A stretch of DNA of 62,209 bases from an uncultured Gammaproteobacteria bacterium. Lineage in GTDB: Bacteria; Patescibacteriota; Patescibacteriia; UBA9934; CAZDDW01. This document shows, piece after piece, positions 61,284 to 62,209 of this stretch. Below the pieces are notes generated by a model. The model had not been told where the DNA came from, did not search any database, and saw only the letters and a list, made by a program, of their open reading frames with translations. Made by a program: the position numbers and the translations under genes. The DNA lies in contig CAYZPO010000001.1 in the NCBI GenBank assembly GCA_964480695.1, positions 2,160-64,368 of the forward strand, given 5' to 3'. Numbering within the stretch: the first letter of the stretch is position 1; each line of letters begins with the position of its first letter.

Positions 61284-62156
61284 ATGAGTATTAAATGGTT
61301 GAACAAAAGATATATTTTTGCCATTCAAGGCGGAATCATTGCTTTGATTATTTTTGCTATTGCCACTATTTTTATTCCTGGACAGGGGCCACTAGCTGAT
61401 GTTCAGATCATTCTAACTGCTAGCACCTTCCTCTTTGCCATCCTAGCTGGATTTTTTATTTCCCGTTCTAACAATCGTTATGATGAGATCAGGTCTGAGG
61501 TGGCTGAAGAAGATGCTCTGATCTTGTCGATTTATCGCATGAGTGATTTCTTCGGAGATTCTTTTCAAAAAAAGATTTCCGGACACATTGATGACTATTA
61601 TATTGAGGCAATGGATTTTGATGTCGGAGCTGGCTATAAAAATACTACTCCACATATGGAGAAAATTTATCAAGCTTTTCACGCACTGAAGAAGATTAAA
61701 GATAGTAAAATTGAGGACCTATATGATGATATCTTTATGTTGCTCTCAGATTTGGAAGAAAGTCGTAACAAAGCCTCAGTTCTTCGGCATGAAAAAATGA
61801 CCTATGGTCAATGGGCTATTTTGATTGTTCTGGTTTCTATAATAATTTTCTGCCTTTTCTTTCTTAAGATTCCAGCAGTGTACTCTCAAGTAATCACAGT
61901 TATGCTTTCAACAACCCTGGTTCTAGTGTTGTTGTTTTTACGAGATATTCAGAATCTTAGATTGTATGGGGAGCATTTTTTACTTGAGTCTGCTGAAGAG
62001 GTCTTTGAGTCTATTGGAAAGGAGCGTTATTACCCAGAATATTATTTTAATGAAGGGTTTTTAAAAGAGGTTCCAGAGCATGTTAAACAATATCGTTTGG
62101 GTACACACCAGCCAGGAGAAAAGCATAAAATTAAATTGATTAAAGTGAAGAGGTAG
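61284..62156 (+). CDS. Membrane protein (290 aa), family not recognised
   Basis: Two N-terminal and two C-terminal TM segments around a soluble helical domain. Low GC. Confidence 0.6.
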   Translation: MSIKWLNKRYIFAIQGGIIALIIFAIATIFIPGQGPLADVQIILTASTFLFAILAGFFISRSNNRYDEIRSEVAEEDALILSIYRMSDFFGDSFQKKISGHIDDYYIEAMDFDVGAGYKNTTPHMEKIYQAFHALKKIKDSKIEDLYDDIFMLLSDLEESRNKASVLRHEKMTYGQWAILIVLVSIIIFCLFFLKIPAVYSQVITVMLSTTLVLVLLFLRDIQNLRLYGEHFLLESAEEVFESIGKERYYPEYYFNEGFLKEVPEHVKQYRLGTHQPGEKHKIKLIKVKR

Positions 62157-62170
62157 TTTTAGAAAAAATA

Positions 62171-62204
62171 AACTCTGAGATTCTTCTCGGAGTTTTGTGT
62201 TTGT
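62171..62204 (+). terminator. Terminator, paralogous to the tRNA-Lys terminator
   Basis: AACTCTGAGA-TTCT-TCTCGGAGTT followed by TTGTGTTTGT. 28/34 identical to 61220-61253. Confidence 0.7.
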
Positions 62205-62209
62205 TAAAT

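Noticed and set aside
1-62209. CRISPR arrays, rRNA genes, IS/transposase genes, reverse transcriptase (retron/DGR)
   Set aside because: I found no regularly spaced direct repeats, no rRNA-like sequence, and no DDE/HUH transposase or RT motifs in any long ORF. All mobility genes seen are tyrosine recombinases.
39573-62209. Alternative genetic code (UGA recoding, as in some CPR lineages)
   Set aside because: The housekeeping genes are full-length under code 11, and TGA acts as a stop in coupled overlaps (tsaD/tsaE ATGA). The single in-frame TAG at 47654 is reported separately as a local anomaly.

Overview
The window has two contrasting parts. All GC values are eyeball estimates and all family calls come from motifs I could read myself; no searches were run.

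(A) About 39.6-62.2 kb, plus the first ~2 kb, is a low-GC (~40-43%), tightly packed housekeeping backbone. It carries an SSS symporter fragment, csp, an ABC exporter, tsaD-tsaE, a PilB/GspE ATPase, ftsH, rpsA, an MBL-fold hydrolase, gyrA, rpmF-nusB-rnc-queH, and tRNA-Glu, tRNA-Arg and tRNA-Lys. Promoters are textbook TTGACA-N17-TAnnnT, terminators are hairpin plus T-run, and the genetic code is standard (TGA is a stop in ATGA overlaps). This looks like a small-genome bacterium, possibly CPR/Patescibacteria-like, which is inference only. The backbone is interrupted by short high-GC islets that encode orphan, mostly signal-peptide proteins, including a tandem three-cassette array.

(B) About 2.0-39.6 kb is a ~37.5 kb accessory island ending 34 nt from the CCA end of tRNA-Glu. 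It is a gene-by-gene patchwork of high-GC (~60-65%), intermediate and low-GC blocks. Its mobility and maintenance genes are:
- three tyrosine recombinases and two Xis-like genes;
- an attP-like site built on a tRNA-Thr 3' fragment;
- two replication-relaxation paralogues and a DUF932-like gene;
- a ParB-like gene with three parS-like 24-bp perfect palindromes;
- an exonuclease/annealing-protein pair.

Its cargo looks like conflict systems:
- an ABC-3C three-gene system;
- a Zn-ribbon/AbiGi-like + NYN-CSD + orphan cluster;
- a B12-radical-SAM/giant membrane protein pair;
- a minimal caspase-like gene.

The most interesting item is a ~6.6 kb chain of overlapping genes in which an E1 / ubiquitin-like / E2 / JAB cassette is translationally coupled to a membrane protein, a TraD/VirD4/FtsK-like ATPase, a membrane zinc-ribbon protein and a replication-relaxation protein.

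I saw no rRNA, CRISPR array, transposase or reverse transcriptase. The ORF track prints non-ATG starts (TTG/GTG) as M, so several starts were re-chosen.
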